NCBI GenBank assembly: GCA_045654825.1
Contig: JAZOOC010000296.1
Span: 1 to 36,932 of the forward strand
Length of the DNA: 36,932 nt
Direction of reading: 5' to 3'
From: Clostridia bacterium
GTDB lineage: Bacteria; Bacillota; Clostridia; UMGS1840; HGM11507
The position numbers and the translations under genes were made by a program. Each line of letters starts with the position of its first letter. The stretch's first letter is position 1. Positions 8,538 to 16,715 of this stretch are shown piece by piece. The notes beneath the pieces were generated by a model. That model was not told where the DNA came from and ran no database searches. It was given only the letters and a program-made list of their open reading frames with translations.

Positions 8538-9458
8538 TTATCTGTTTAGTATATAATCATTGATAAAACTGTCAACACTTTCTTCGTCAAAGCCCTTTAA
8601 ATTTCTGCTTTTTTGGAGCGACCAGTATTCCTTATGGGTGATTGTTTCACCAGGGGAAACATTTTTATATGTTCCGAGACTTTCCATTTCAACATAGTGC
8701 TTGTTGGTATATGTTTCAAACGACATTCCGAAATCAGGATATTCTGCACTTTTATAATGCTCAAATCTTTTTATGAAAATGTTTTCTTTATTGTGATAAA
8801 ATGCAAATGCGTGCTCTGAATTAACACCAAATTTCAGCGATGCTTCGGTATTTTTGTTATGGCGCACAAATGCATATTTATCACCCCATTCAATACGTTC
8901 GTCATATAGCTTAGACTTTGGCCAGAATGCAATCAGCTTGTTAGGGGAATATATGTTGTTTTCCAAAGGAAGTGCAATTACCTCAGTTCCGCCGCCGGAA
9001 AGCACGCTTACTCCCCAAAGGGCAAGTTTAACATTATTTGATGTTTTGTTGGTGAGGCTGTGTGTAATTGTGATTTCCTCTGAGTTAGTTGTCATTTTCA
9101 CAGATATGCTGCATAAAAATCCATTTATTTTTTGAACAGGCGGATAAAAAAACACTTCATTATCTTTTATCTCATAGCTAACCTTTTCATTATCCGCATA
9201 ATAGGTTTTGGGAAATTCCTCCGGTGCAACCCATAGTCGGTGTCCTCCGTAAAGATACCATTTGTCTCCATAGAATTCCATAGTTTTTTCGTCCGATATG
9301 ATTCTGTCGGTATCTTCCCAAAATACGTTTTCACCGTCCGTAAATGAGTAGGATATAATTCGGGGACCAAAATCAAGAGTAACAATGACCTTTGATGTAT
9401 CTGCGGATATTTCAAGGCATTTACCAAAGTTTTTATATGTTATTTCTTTCGTTTTCAT
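8538..9458 (-). CDS. DUF4380-like (galactose-mutarotase-like beta-sandwich) protein
   Basis: Start trimmed to the ATG at 9458 (GGAGG RBS at 9468-9472). LDFGPRIISY and YGGHRLWVAPE motifs as in DUF4380 / aldose-epimerase-like proteins. Confidence 0.6.
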   Translation of the reverse strand: MKTKEITYKNFGKCLEISADTSKVIVTLDFGPRIISYSFTDGENVFWEDTDRIISDEKTMEFYGDKWYLYGGHRLWVAPEEFPKTYYADNEKVSYEIKDNEVFFYPPVQKINGFLCSISVKMTTNSEEITITHSLTNKTSNNVKLALWGVSVLSGGGTEVIALPLENNIYSPNKLIAFWPKSKLYDERIEWGDKYAFVRHNKNTEASLKFGVNSEHAFAFYHNKENIFIKRFEHYKSAEYPDFGMSFETYTNKHYVEMESLGTYKNVSPGETITHKEYWSLQKSRNLKGFDEESVDSFINDYILNR

Positions 9459-9494
9459 ATGTATAACCTCCGCCTGTAAACACGTTATGTAGAG

Positions 9495-9523
9495 ATTATA
9501 TATCAAAAAAACCTAAATTGCAA
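9495..9523 (-). promoter_or_regulatory. promoter for the DUF4380-HAD transcription unit
   Basis: The minus strand reads TTGCAA (9523-9518), 17-nt spacer, TATAAT (9500-9495). Confidence 0.5.
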
Positions 9524-9530
9524 TATAAAA

Positions 9531-9546
9531 ATCAAAACGTTTTAAT
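9531..9546. promoter_or_regulatory. palindromic operator-like site 1 (LacI-type, central CG)
   Basis: ATCAAAACGTTTTAAT. Shares the palindromic core CAAAACGTTTT with site 2. Located just upstream of both divergent -35 boxes. Confidence 0.5.
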
Positions 9547-9553
9547 TTTTTTG

Positions 9554-9582
9554 TTGACAAGTACAAAACACCGTGATATAAT
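9554..9582 (+). promoter_or_regulatory. consensus extended -10 promoter of the aminotransferase operon
   Basis: TTGACA (9554-9559), 17-nt spacer, TGA-TATAAT (9574-9582). This is a perfect match to the sigma-70/sigma-A consensus including the TG extension. Confidence 0.7.
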
Positions 9583-9588
9583 CAAAAA

Positions 9589-9604
9589 TGTAAAACGTTT
9601 TGAT
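9589..9604. promoter_or_regulatory. palindromic operator-like site 2 (LacI-type, central CG)
   Basis: TGTAAAACGTTTTGAT lies immediately downstream of the -10 box, around the expected transcription start. Its centre is 58 bp from the centre of site 1. Confidence 0.5.
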
Positions 9605-9651
9605 AAATTAACTTGCAAGCTACAATAGTATTAATCAGGAGGATGATAATA

Positions 9652-10866
9652 ATGGCAAAAGCAGGCGGACCGGGCTCATATATGTTCGGTGATGAAGAAA
9701 GAAAAGAGGTAATGGATGTTTTAGAAGGCAGACATTTATCACGTTATGGAAATGAGAATACCGAAGGCTACAAACATAAGGTTGTAGATTTTGAAAATGA
9801 ATTAAAAAAAGTAATGGGTGCAGAATATGCAGTTGCTGTAACAAGCGGAACAGGTGCTCTCACAGCCTCCCTTGTTGCAATGGGGATAGGTGCTGAGGAT
9901 GAGGTTATTGTTCCCGGCTATACCTTTATAGCATCAATTTCAAGCATTATGCTTGTTGGTGCTGTTCCTGTTCTTGCAGAAATTGATGAATCACTTACTC
10001 TTGACCCTGCAAAGATAGAGGAACTTATAACACCAAAAACAAAAGCAATTATGCCGGTGCATATGCTTGGCAATCCGTGCCGAATGGATGAAATTATGGC
10101 AATAGCAAAAAAACACAATCTTCTTGTAATTGAAGATTGCTGTCAGGCTGTTGGTGCTTCATATAAAGGCAAGCGCTGCGGCACTATTGGTGATATGGGT
10201 GCATTCTCTCTTAATATTTTCAAAATGATTTCAGCAGGTGACGGCGGTGCATTAATCACCAATAATCCCGAATACTACGAAAGAGCTTTTGGCTATCATG
10301 ATCAGGGACACAAGCCAAACAGACTTGGTGTTGAAATAGGAAACCGCAGTATCATAGGCACAAATATGAGAATGAACGAATTAACAGGTGCAGTTGCCTT
10401 GGCTCAGACAAGAAAACTAGACGACCTTCTGTCCACACTTCGTTCTAAAAAAGCACTTCTTAAAAATATGCTTGGTGACCTTCCGCACATTTCTTTCAGA
10501 AAGATTAATGACGAAGGTGAATGTGCAACACTTCTTACTTTGATTTTCGATACAAAAGAAAATGCACAAAAATTCTGCAAAGCAACAGACGGTAGTCCCA
10601 TTGCAAATTCCGGATGGCATGTGTATAACAATATGGAGCAGATTTTAAATAAGCTTATGCCTGTTAAAACCTGCAATCCGAATAATCAGGAATATAAAAA
10701 GCATATGCTTCCTCAGACAGATGATATTCTTGAAAGAAGTGTAAACATAAGTGTTGGAGTTGTTGATAAAGGTCTTGGTGCAGGATACGGCATCAATATT
10801 TTATCAACAGAAGAAGAAATCAAGGAAGTAGGAAACAGAATAAAAGAAATTATTTTAGATTTATAA
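9652..10866 (+). CDS. DegT/DnrJ/EryC1/StrS-family PLP-dependent sugar aminotransferase
   Basis: Start at ATG 9652 after AGGAGG. AVAVTSGTGAL, DEVIVPGYTFIAS, MPVHMLGNP, VIEDCCQAVGASYKGK and FSLNIFKMISAGDGG (PLP lysine region). Confidence 0.85.
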   Translation: MAKAGGPGSYMFGDEERKEVMDVLEGRHLSRYGNENTEGYKHKVVDFENELKKVMGAEYAVAVTSGTGALTASLVAMGIGAEDEVIVPGYTFIASISSIMLVGAVPVLAEIDESLTLDPAKIEELITPKTKAIMPVHMLGNPCRMDEIMAIAKKHNLLVIEDCCQAVGASYKGKRCGTIGDMGAFSLNIFKMISAGDGGALITNNPEYYERAFGYHDQGHKPNRLGVEIGNRSIIGTNMRMNELTGAVALAQTRKLDDLLSTLRSKKALLKNMLGDLPHISFRKINDEGECATLLTLIFDTKENAQKFCKATDGSPIANSGWHVYNNMEQILNKLMPVKTCNPNNQEYKKHMLPQTDDILERSVNISVGVVDKGLGAGYGINILSTEEEIKEVGNRIKEIILDL

Positions 10867-10882
10867 TAAGGAGAAGCAGCTT

Positions 10883-12028
10883 ATGAAGAAAATAAAAGTC
10901 GGAATAATAGGCATGGGCTACATAGGCGAAAGCCACATAGAAGCAGTACACCGCATAGGATGCTGTGAGCTTTATGCTGTTGCCGATACAAATGCCGATC
11001 TTGCAAAGAAAAAGGCAGAATACTATGGCATAGAAAAATGCTATTCAAGCGTTGATGAGCTTCTTGCAGATTCAAACATAGATGTTGTGCATAACTGCAC
11101 ACCAAATTTTCTGCATCTTGAAATCAATAAAAAAATAATTAAATCCGGCAAACATCTTCTTTCGGAAAAGCCTCTTTGTATGAACTATAAAGAGGCGGCA
11201 GAGCTTGTTGAATTGAAAAGGCAATTCCCCAAATCCGTTGCGGCAGTTAATTTTAACTATCGCTTAAATCCCATGGTTCAGGAAATGAAAAATCGTATAA
11301 GAAATGGTAGAATAGGTGATGTGCGTGTTATGACAGGCTCATATCAGCAGGACTGGCTCTTGTATGATACCGACTATTCATGGCGTCTTGAACCCGAAGT
11401 ATCAGGCAACTCCTGTGCCATTGCTGATATAGGCTCACATTGGATGGATTCTGTTCAGCATGTAACCGGTCATAAAATCACAGAGGTAATGGCAGATTTA
11501 AAAACACTTATCCCCGTTCGTAAAAAACCAAAGCAGCAGACGGAAACATTCACAGATAATATTCCGTCGGAATATGACGAGGTTGAGATTAAAAACGAAG
11601 ATTATGGTGCAGTAATTTTCCATACCGATAAAGGAGCAACAGGTGTTTTTCACGTTTGTCAGCTTTCGGCAGGAAGAGGCTGCTATTTGAATTTTGAGAT
11701 TTGCGGTTCTGAGGCGGCGCTCAGGTGGAACCAGGAGGAAAATGACAGACTTTGGATGGGTATCCGAGGCGGAGATAACCACCTTATCATACGCGACCCC
11801 AATGCCTTGTCTGCAGAAGCTAAGCAGCACACAGCTCTTGCCAAAGGTCATCCCGAAGGTTGGAATGATGCTTTTAAAGGAAATATACAAGCCTTCTATA
11901 AATACATAGAGGAGGGCAAAAATACAGAACCGGTGTTTTCAACACTTGAGGATGCAGCATACATTGTTAAGCTTACAGAAGCCATAATAGAAAGCAGCAA
12001 AGCAAAATCTTGGGTAAAAATAAATTAA
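10883..12028 (+). CDS. Gfo/Idh/MocA-family NAD(P)-dependent oxidoreductase
   Basis: N-terminal Rossmann motif KVGIIGMGYIGESH and the EKPL motif (LLSEKPLCMNY), with C-terminal alpha/beta domain length typical of the family. Confidence 0.9.
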   Translation: MKKIKVGIIGMGYIGESHIEAVHRIGCCELYAVADTNADLAKKKAEYYGIEKCYSSVDELLADSNIDVVHNCTPNFLHLEINKKIIKSGKHLLSEKPLCMNYKEAAELVELKRQFPKSVAAVNFNYRLNPMVQEMKNRIRNGRIGDVRVMTGSYQQDWLLYDTDYSWRLEPEVSGNSCAIADIGSHWMDSVQHVTGHKITEVMADLKTLIPVRKKPKQQTETFTDNIPSEYDEVEIKNEDYGAVIFHTDKGATGVFHVCQLSAGRGCYLNFEICGSEAALRWNQEENDRLWMGIRGGDNHLIIRDPNALSAEAKQHTALAKGHPEGWNDAFKGNIQAFYKYIEEGKNTEPVFSTLEDAAYIVKLTEAIIESSKAKSWVKIN

Positions 12029-12043
12029 GAAAGGGAGATGTTT

Positions 12044-12760
12044 ATGAACATTTTAGCGGTTGGTGCACATCCCGATGATGTTGAGTTAAACTGCGCGGGT
12101 ACGCTTGCCAAATATGCCTCTCTTGGTCATAATGTGTTTATTTGCACGGCAACAAGCGGCAATATTGGCTCAGCAACTCTTTCAAAAGAAGAAATAGGAG
12201 CCATAAGAAAAAAAGAGGCAGCAGAGAGTGCGTCAATAATAGGAGCAGAATATATCTGTCTTGACTATGATGATGAGCTTTTCTATGAAAACCTTGATGT
12301 AAGGCTAAATTTTATAAATATGCTCCGTCATTGCAAGCCCGACGTTGTTCTCACTCATAATCCTCACGATTATAATCCGGACCATATGCTCACCAGCAAA
12401 ATAATAAATGATATTCAGGTGATGCTCCCTATAGGAAATATTGTAACAGAAGAGCCGCCCTGTGATAAATTTCCTGTTATATATTATTTTGAAACCCATA
12501 AAGGTCTTGGCTTCGTCCCCACAGATTTTGTGGATATCACAGATCATTTTGAAACCAAATCAAAAATGCTTCTGTGCCATGAAAGTCAGAAAGCATGGAT
12601 GGCTCACGCCTATTCAGGCTTTTGTTCGGACGATACCTTTATAGAAGATATGAAGCTTATGTCTCAGTATAGAGGTATGCAGTGCGGTGTTAAATTTGCC
12701 GAAGGCTTTATCCGTGCAAATGATGCTTATAGAGTAACACCTTCGAGACTTTTGCCTTAA
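12044..12760 (+). CDS. PIG-L/LmbE-family N-deacetylase
   Basis: Start at ATG 12044, 6 nt after GGGAG. VGAHPDDVELNCAGT and HNPHDYNPDH zinc-site motifs. Confidence 0.85.
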   Translation: MNILAVGAHPDDVELNCAGTLAKYASLGHNVFICTATSGNIGSATLSKEEIGAIRKKEAAESASIIGAEYICLDYDDELFYENLDVRLNFINMLRHCKPDVVLTHNPHDYNPDHMLTSKIINDIQVMLPIGNIVTEEPPCDKFPVIYYFETHKGLGFVPTDFVDITDHFETKSKMLLCHESQKAWMAHAYSGFCSDDTFIEDMKLMSQYRGMQCGVKFAEGFIRANDAYRVTPSRLLP

Positions 12761-12765
12761 CAAAA

Positions 12766-12801
12766 AGGGTAGTAAGAAAAAGAATTTTTCATTACTACCC
12801 T
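12766..12801. terminator. bidirectional terminator between convergent PIG-L and LacI genes
   Basis: AGGGTAGTAAGAAAAA / TTTTTC-A-TTACTACCCT hairpin: 16 bp with one bulge and a 3-nt loop. Confidence 0.7.
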
Positions 12802-12813
12802 ATAGGTATTTAT

Positions 12814-13809
12814 TTAGATGTTTTTTACGGAGTTTCTTTCAACAATTTCCATCGGCAACAGAACACTCTCGGGATTTTCTCCTTTTATTTTTTGATAAAT
12901 CATATCCATTGCCAGATTTCCGATTGATTCTTTGTCAATACCAACGGATGTGAGCTTCGGTTTTGTATAGCGCGAAAGAATAATATCGTCAATACCGATA
13001 ATTGAAACATCCTCGGGTATTCTTATTTTCATTTCGTCCGCATAGCGCATCACGCCTATTGCAAAGCTGTCAACACTGCAAAGTATCGCAGTTGGAAGAG
13101 GGTTTTCCTTAAAAATCAGCTTTGCCGCTTCATAGGCACTGTCTTCATCTGTGGCATCAAATGTGCAGGAATTTTTTTTGGCATCAAGTCCGAATTCGGC
13201 AATGGCTTTATTAAGTCCTGATTTTATGTATGGTTCAAAATGAGGGTCGGGCTTTGAAATAAATGCAATATTTTTATGACCGTGGTTTATAAGGTACGAT
13301 GCAGCATCAAAGGTTGCCTTTTCGTAGTTGGGATTTAAGCTCGTGAGGGTTTCATCGTTTAAATAGGAATCTATTATGATAAAAGGAAGTCCGCTTTCTG
13401 TTGCTTTGTTAACAAGCTGACGGCTAACGTTCTGCATAAAAATAATCCCGTCAACATCGCCGGAATAAATAATATCAGGAAGCTCCGTCTGCGACATAAT
13501 GGGTCTGCTAATAATCACGTTGTAGTTGTATTTCATTCCGCGGTTAATAATTCCGCGTGTTATTTCAAAATAGAATATATCATCAAAAAGTGAAGAAAAA
13601 GGATTCATCATAAGGCAAATATTAAAGCTTTTTTTGCCCACAAGCTTTTTAGAACTGAGGCTTGGCTTAAATTTTTCCTCGTCAATAATTCTCTGAACCT
13701 TTTCGCGCGTGCTTTTTCTTACACGGGGGTTATTGTTTAACACAAAAGACACCGTTGTAACCGAAACACCGGCTTTTTTTGCAATGTCTTTTATGGTAAG
13801 CCTTTTCAT
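12814..13809 (-). CDS. LacI/GalR-family transcriptional regulator
   Basis: N-terminal HTH MKRLTIKDIAKKAGVSVTTVSFVLNN followed by a periplasmic-binding-protein-like sugar-binding fold of the usual length (331 aa). Confidence 0.9.
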   Translation of the reverse strand: MKRLTIKDIAKKAGVSVTTVSFVLNNNPRVRKSTREKVQRIIDEEKFKPSLSSKKLVGKKSFNICLMMNPFSSLFDDIFYFEITRGIINRGMKYNYNVIISRPIMSQTELPDIIYSGDVDGIIFMQNVSRQLVNKATESGLPFIIIDSYLNDETLTSLNPNYEKATFDAASYLINHGHKNIAFISKPDPHFEPYIKSGLNKAIAEFGLDAKKNSCTFDATDEDSAYEAAKLIFKENPLPTAILCSVDSFAIGVMRYADEMKIRIPEDVSIIGIDDIILSRYTKPKLTSVGIDKESIGNLAMDMIYQKIKGENPESVLLPMEIVERNSVKNI

Positions 13810-13829
13810 AGAAATATCACTCCGATTCT

Positions 13830-13859
13830 TGTTACATCATGTTACATAAATAGGTAACA
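13830..13859. promoter_or_regulatory. repeat cluster in the LacI leader (candidate autoregulatory site)
   Basis: TGTTACAT (13830-13837), TGTTACAT (13840-13847), then the inverted GTAACA (13854-13859). These lie between the predicted lacI-type promoter and its RBS. Confidence 0.35.
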
Positions 13860-13866
13860 CAGACAA

Positions 13867-13895
13867 ATTATATCAGTTAAAACTAAAAAAAGCAA
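13867..13895 (-). promoter_or_regulatory. promoter of the LacI-family gene
   Basis: The minus strand reads TTGCTT (13895-13890), 17-nt spacer, TGA-TATAAT (13875-13867). Confidence 0.55.
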
Positions 13896-13944
13896 GTGCT
13901 TATAATTTTTGCCGTATTTTGAGGCGATTAAATAGGTGATAAAA

Positions 13945-14154
13945 ATGAAATCAAAGATAATTGTAATTCTAACAACAATAATAATATTGCTCAATCAGTG
14001 CTTTTCTGATATTTATGCATATTCACAGACTTCCGAACTTAATTCTACCATATATGCTTGTGAAGACGGATATTATAACACTTCTGGTGGCGTTATGAGT
14101 TGGATAGGTAATATAGACAGACTTGGTGTGTCCAACACAGGCCCTTCACCTTAA
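13945..14154 (+). pseudogene. signal peptide plus start of the recurrent N-terminal module, detached from the downstream metallophosphoesterase
   Basis: MKSKIIVILTTIIILLNQCFSDIYA is a signal peptide. IYACEDGYYNTSGG resembles the PVADGCYDSY opening of the module seen in three downstream proteins. The frame ends at 14154. The downstream gene's frame is already open from 14112 and reads ...FIRSFVIYGDVRTADEIL.., which resembles the module's RSAYLKFSLADIR segment. Confidence 0.45.
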
Positions 14155-14285
14155 ATAATAATTTCAAAGGCTTTATAAGGAGCTTTGTTATCTATGGAGA
14201 TGTCCGCACAGCGGATGAAATATTAACTGATGTAAATGTCAGCACAGCAGATTATGACAATCTTCTTGGTTCATATTATCCTGCC

Positions 14286-15485
14286 ATGAAGGAAGAGTTG
14301 CCAAGACCAACATACATATATGATAAATCAGGAAATGGAACCACTTTGGAAATAGAACGAGAATATATATATGATGATATCCTGCTTCAGAATTATGCCT
14401 ATTCCTTTGCAGTTGTTCCCGACACACAAAAGGTAGCTCTTACATATCCCGAGGAATTTGAAAAGATTTATGATTACATCATTGATAATGCGGAAAAATA
14501 TAACACTAAATTTGTTATAGGTCTTGGGGATATAACAAATGATGATACAAATCACGAATGGGCAGTTGCCAAATCGCAGATAGACCGTCTTGGCAGCGTT
14601 TTACCGTTTTCCATTGTAAGAGGAAACCATGATTCCGAAGATAAATATAATCAGTTCTTTTCCTATGATGAATATAAAAACACAGTAAGCGGCTCATATG
14701 ATGCCTCAATGCTTACAACCTACAACAAATTCAAGGTGGGAAATGTAAAATATCTTGTTATAAATCTTGATTATCTTCCTACAGACGATGAGATTGCATG
14801 GGCATGTGAAATAGTAGAGGAGAATCCTGATTATAATGTTATTATCACAACTCATTCATATTTGCACTCATACAGAGAAGCCGGCACTGCTACGGATATA
14901 CGCTACGAGCATGCTGAGAAAATCTGGAAAAATCTTGCCGGAGCATACAAGAATGTTGTAATGGTTTTATGCGGACATTCCACCTCCCATGATATAGCTG
15001 TTGTAAAGGATGTCGGCGTACACGGAAACACGGTTGCTCAGATACGAATTGACGGTCAGGATTATGACGTGTGGAATAAAGGTGTTGGTGTTGTTGCTAT
15101 GCTGCATTTTTCCGAAGACGGCAAAAATGTTCAGGTGAGATATTATTCCACAATAAAAAAAGCATATTTCTATAACGAAAACCAGTTCACACTTGAGCTT
15201 GACACGCTTGATGCATCCGAAACAGCACAGGCGCCCGAAATTAAAGCCGAAGAGTTTTCGTGCAGAATTAAGCTTGACGGAAATATAACAGGCAAAATTT
15301 TTGCCGCTCTCTATGACAGCAGAAATAATTTATCGGAAGCAAAGGTATATGATGCGGCTCCGAGGGTGGATATAAGCTTTAGTGACTATGTTTCTGGTTC
15401 AAAATTAAAAATATTCTGGTGGGACGGAGAAACACTTACACCTGTTGTAAAGCCTAATATTTTAAATATTAATGTTTCAAAATAA
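14286..15485 (+). CDS. calcineurin-like metallophosphoesterase with C-terminal beta-sandwich module
   Basis: FAVVPDTQ, GLGDITNDD, VRGNHD, ITTHSYL and LCGHSTSHD metallophosphatase motifs. The first ATG is at 14286 but the frame is open from 14112, so the true N-terminus is uncertain. Confidence 0.75.
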   Translation: MKEELPRPTYIYDKSGNGTTLEIEREYIYDDILLQNYAYSFAVVPDTQKVALTYPEEFEKIYDYIIDNAEKYNTKFVIGLGDITNDDTNHEWAVAKSQIDRLGSVLPFSIVRGNHDSEDKYNQFFSYDEYKNTVSGSYDASMLTTYNKFKVGNVKYLVINLDYLPTDDEIAWACEIVEENPDYNVIITTHSYLHSYREAGTATDIRYEHAEKIWKNLAGAYKNVVMVLCGHSTSHDIAVVKDVGVHGNTVAQIRIDGQDYDVWNKGVGVVAMLHFSEDGKNVQVRYYSTIKKAYFYNENQFTLELDTLDASETAQAPEIKAEEFSCRIKLDGNITGKIFAALYDSRNNLSEAKVYDAAPRVDISFSDYVSGSKLKIFWWDGETLTPVVKPNILNINVSK

Positions 15486-15513
15486 GCTTTAAATAACGAA
15501 AGGAACAGTTCCT

Positions 15514-16659
15514 ATGATAAATTTTCCCGATAATATAAGTCTTGAAAAATCCAAGGCTGTCATATTAAAAATAATCGATAAGCAAATGGAAAGAACGGGG
15601 GAAGATAAATTTCCTCTTGGCTGGACAGATGACGGCAGATATAAAATGATAGGCTGCGATAACTGGATGAGTGCATTCTGGACAGGTATGTTAAATCTTG
15701 CATGGGAATGGACCGGAGATGAAAAATACCGCTCCCTTGCAGATAAGCACATAGACATTTTTCTTGACCGCATAATAAAAAAACATGAGGTGTGGAATCA
15801 TGACCTTGGCTTTTTATACACACTTTCCTGCATTGCCTCCTATAAGCTCACAGGGAATGAAAAGGCAAAAGACACTGCAATAAAAGCCGCCGATCATTTG
15901 TATGATAATTTTTATATAAATAAAGGTGCGCATCATATAAATGCATGGGCAGATAAGGATAATATGGATAAAGACAGCAGCTTTTTAATTATTGACTGTC
16001 TTATGAATCTCCCGCTTCTCTATTGGGCAAGCGATATAACAGGTAATTCCAAGTATAGAGAAGCTGCACTTCTTCACACAAAGACCACCGCAGAATATAT
16101 TTTCCGCGATGACGATTCCACCTACCATAAATATAATTTTGATGTGGAAACAGGTGAGCCTCTCTATGGTTCAACAGCTCAGGGCTATTCCGACGACTCC
16201 TGCTGGTCGAGGGGTCAGGCGTGGGGAGTGTATGGCTTTGCACTTGCCTTTGGCTTTACGGGTGAGGAAAAGTACCTTGACTGCTTTAAAAGATGTACCG
16301 ATTATTTTGTTTCTCATTTGCCTGAAGACTATGTCCCATATTGGGATTTCTCATTTAAAGAAGGCGATGAACCACGTGACAGCTCTGCTGCAGTAATTGC
16401 GGCATGCGGAATTTTAGAGGCGGCATCCTTTGCTCCGGATGATGAAAAAATTAAAAGCTATCTTGAAATATGCGGCAAAATAACAAAATCCTTAATCGAA
16501 AAATATGCCTATACTCCCGACTCAGAGGAAGACGGACTTATAGCTCATGGTACAGCCTATAAGGCAAAGGGTGATTTTGACCAGGGAACAATATTTGGTG
16601 ATTATTTCTATATGGAGCTTATAACAAGACTTACATCGAATTGGAAAAAATACTGGTAA
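15514..16659 (+). CDS. glycoside hydrolase family 88 unsaturated glucuronyl hydrolase (cytoplasmic, no signal peptide)
   Basis: WMSAFWTGML, HDLGFLY, DDSTYHKYNFD and QGYSDDSCWSRGQAWGVYGF are hallmark GH88 segments. Confidence 0.85.
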   Translation: MINFPDNISLEKSKAVILKIIDKQMERTGEDKFPLGWTDDGRYKMIGCDNWMSAFWTGMLNLAWEWTGDEKYRSLADKHIDIFLDRIIKKHEVWNHDLGFLYTLSCIASYKLTGNEKAKDTAIKAADHLYDNFYINKGAHHINAWADKDNMDKDSSFLIIDCLMNLPLLYWASDITGNSKYREAALLHTKTTAEYIFRDDDSTYHKYNFDVETGEPLYGSTAQGYSDDSCWSRGQAWGVYGFALAFGFTGEEKYLDCFKRCTDYFVSHLPEDYVPYWDFSFKEGDEPRDSSAAVIAACGILEAASFAPDDEKIKSYLEICGKITKSLIEKYAYTPDSEEDGLIAHGTAYKAKGDFDQGTIFGDYFYMELITRLTSNWKKYW

Positions 16660-16663
16660 AAAC

Positions 16664-16708
16664 AAAACATGTGATGAGAGGCTGATTATGCTTTTCATCA
16701 CATGTTTT
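16664..16708. terminator. bidirectional terminator between convergent GH88 and AraC genes
   Basis: 14-bp perfect stem AAAACATGTGATGA (16664-16677) / TCATCACATGTTTT (16695-16708). Confidence 0.75.
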
Positions 16709-16715
16709 AATCAAT

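Noticed and set aside
9531-9604. Whether the CAAAACGTTTTG sites are CcpA cre boxes.
   Set aside because: cre is a 14-mer (TGWAANCGNTNWCA). These sites need an extra base pair on each side of the central CG to keep the palindrome, so a dedicated LacI-family operator is the better reading. It is not excluded without binding data.
9652-12760. Interpreting DegT, Gfo/Idh/MocA and PIG-L as a 2-deoxystreptamine aminoglycoside or kanosamine-type biosynthetic cassette.
   Set aside because: No 2-deoxy-scyllo-inosose synthase, glycosyltransferase, nucleotidyltransferase or resistance gene is present. The context is a sugar repressor and a degradative locus.
15502-15512. 11-bp palindrome GGAACAGTTCC immediately before the GH88 start codon, considered as an RBS-sequestering hairpin or operator.
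   Set aside because: A 1-nt loop cannot fold. It is short enough to occur by chance and is not repeated elsewhere in the window.
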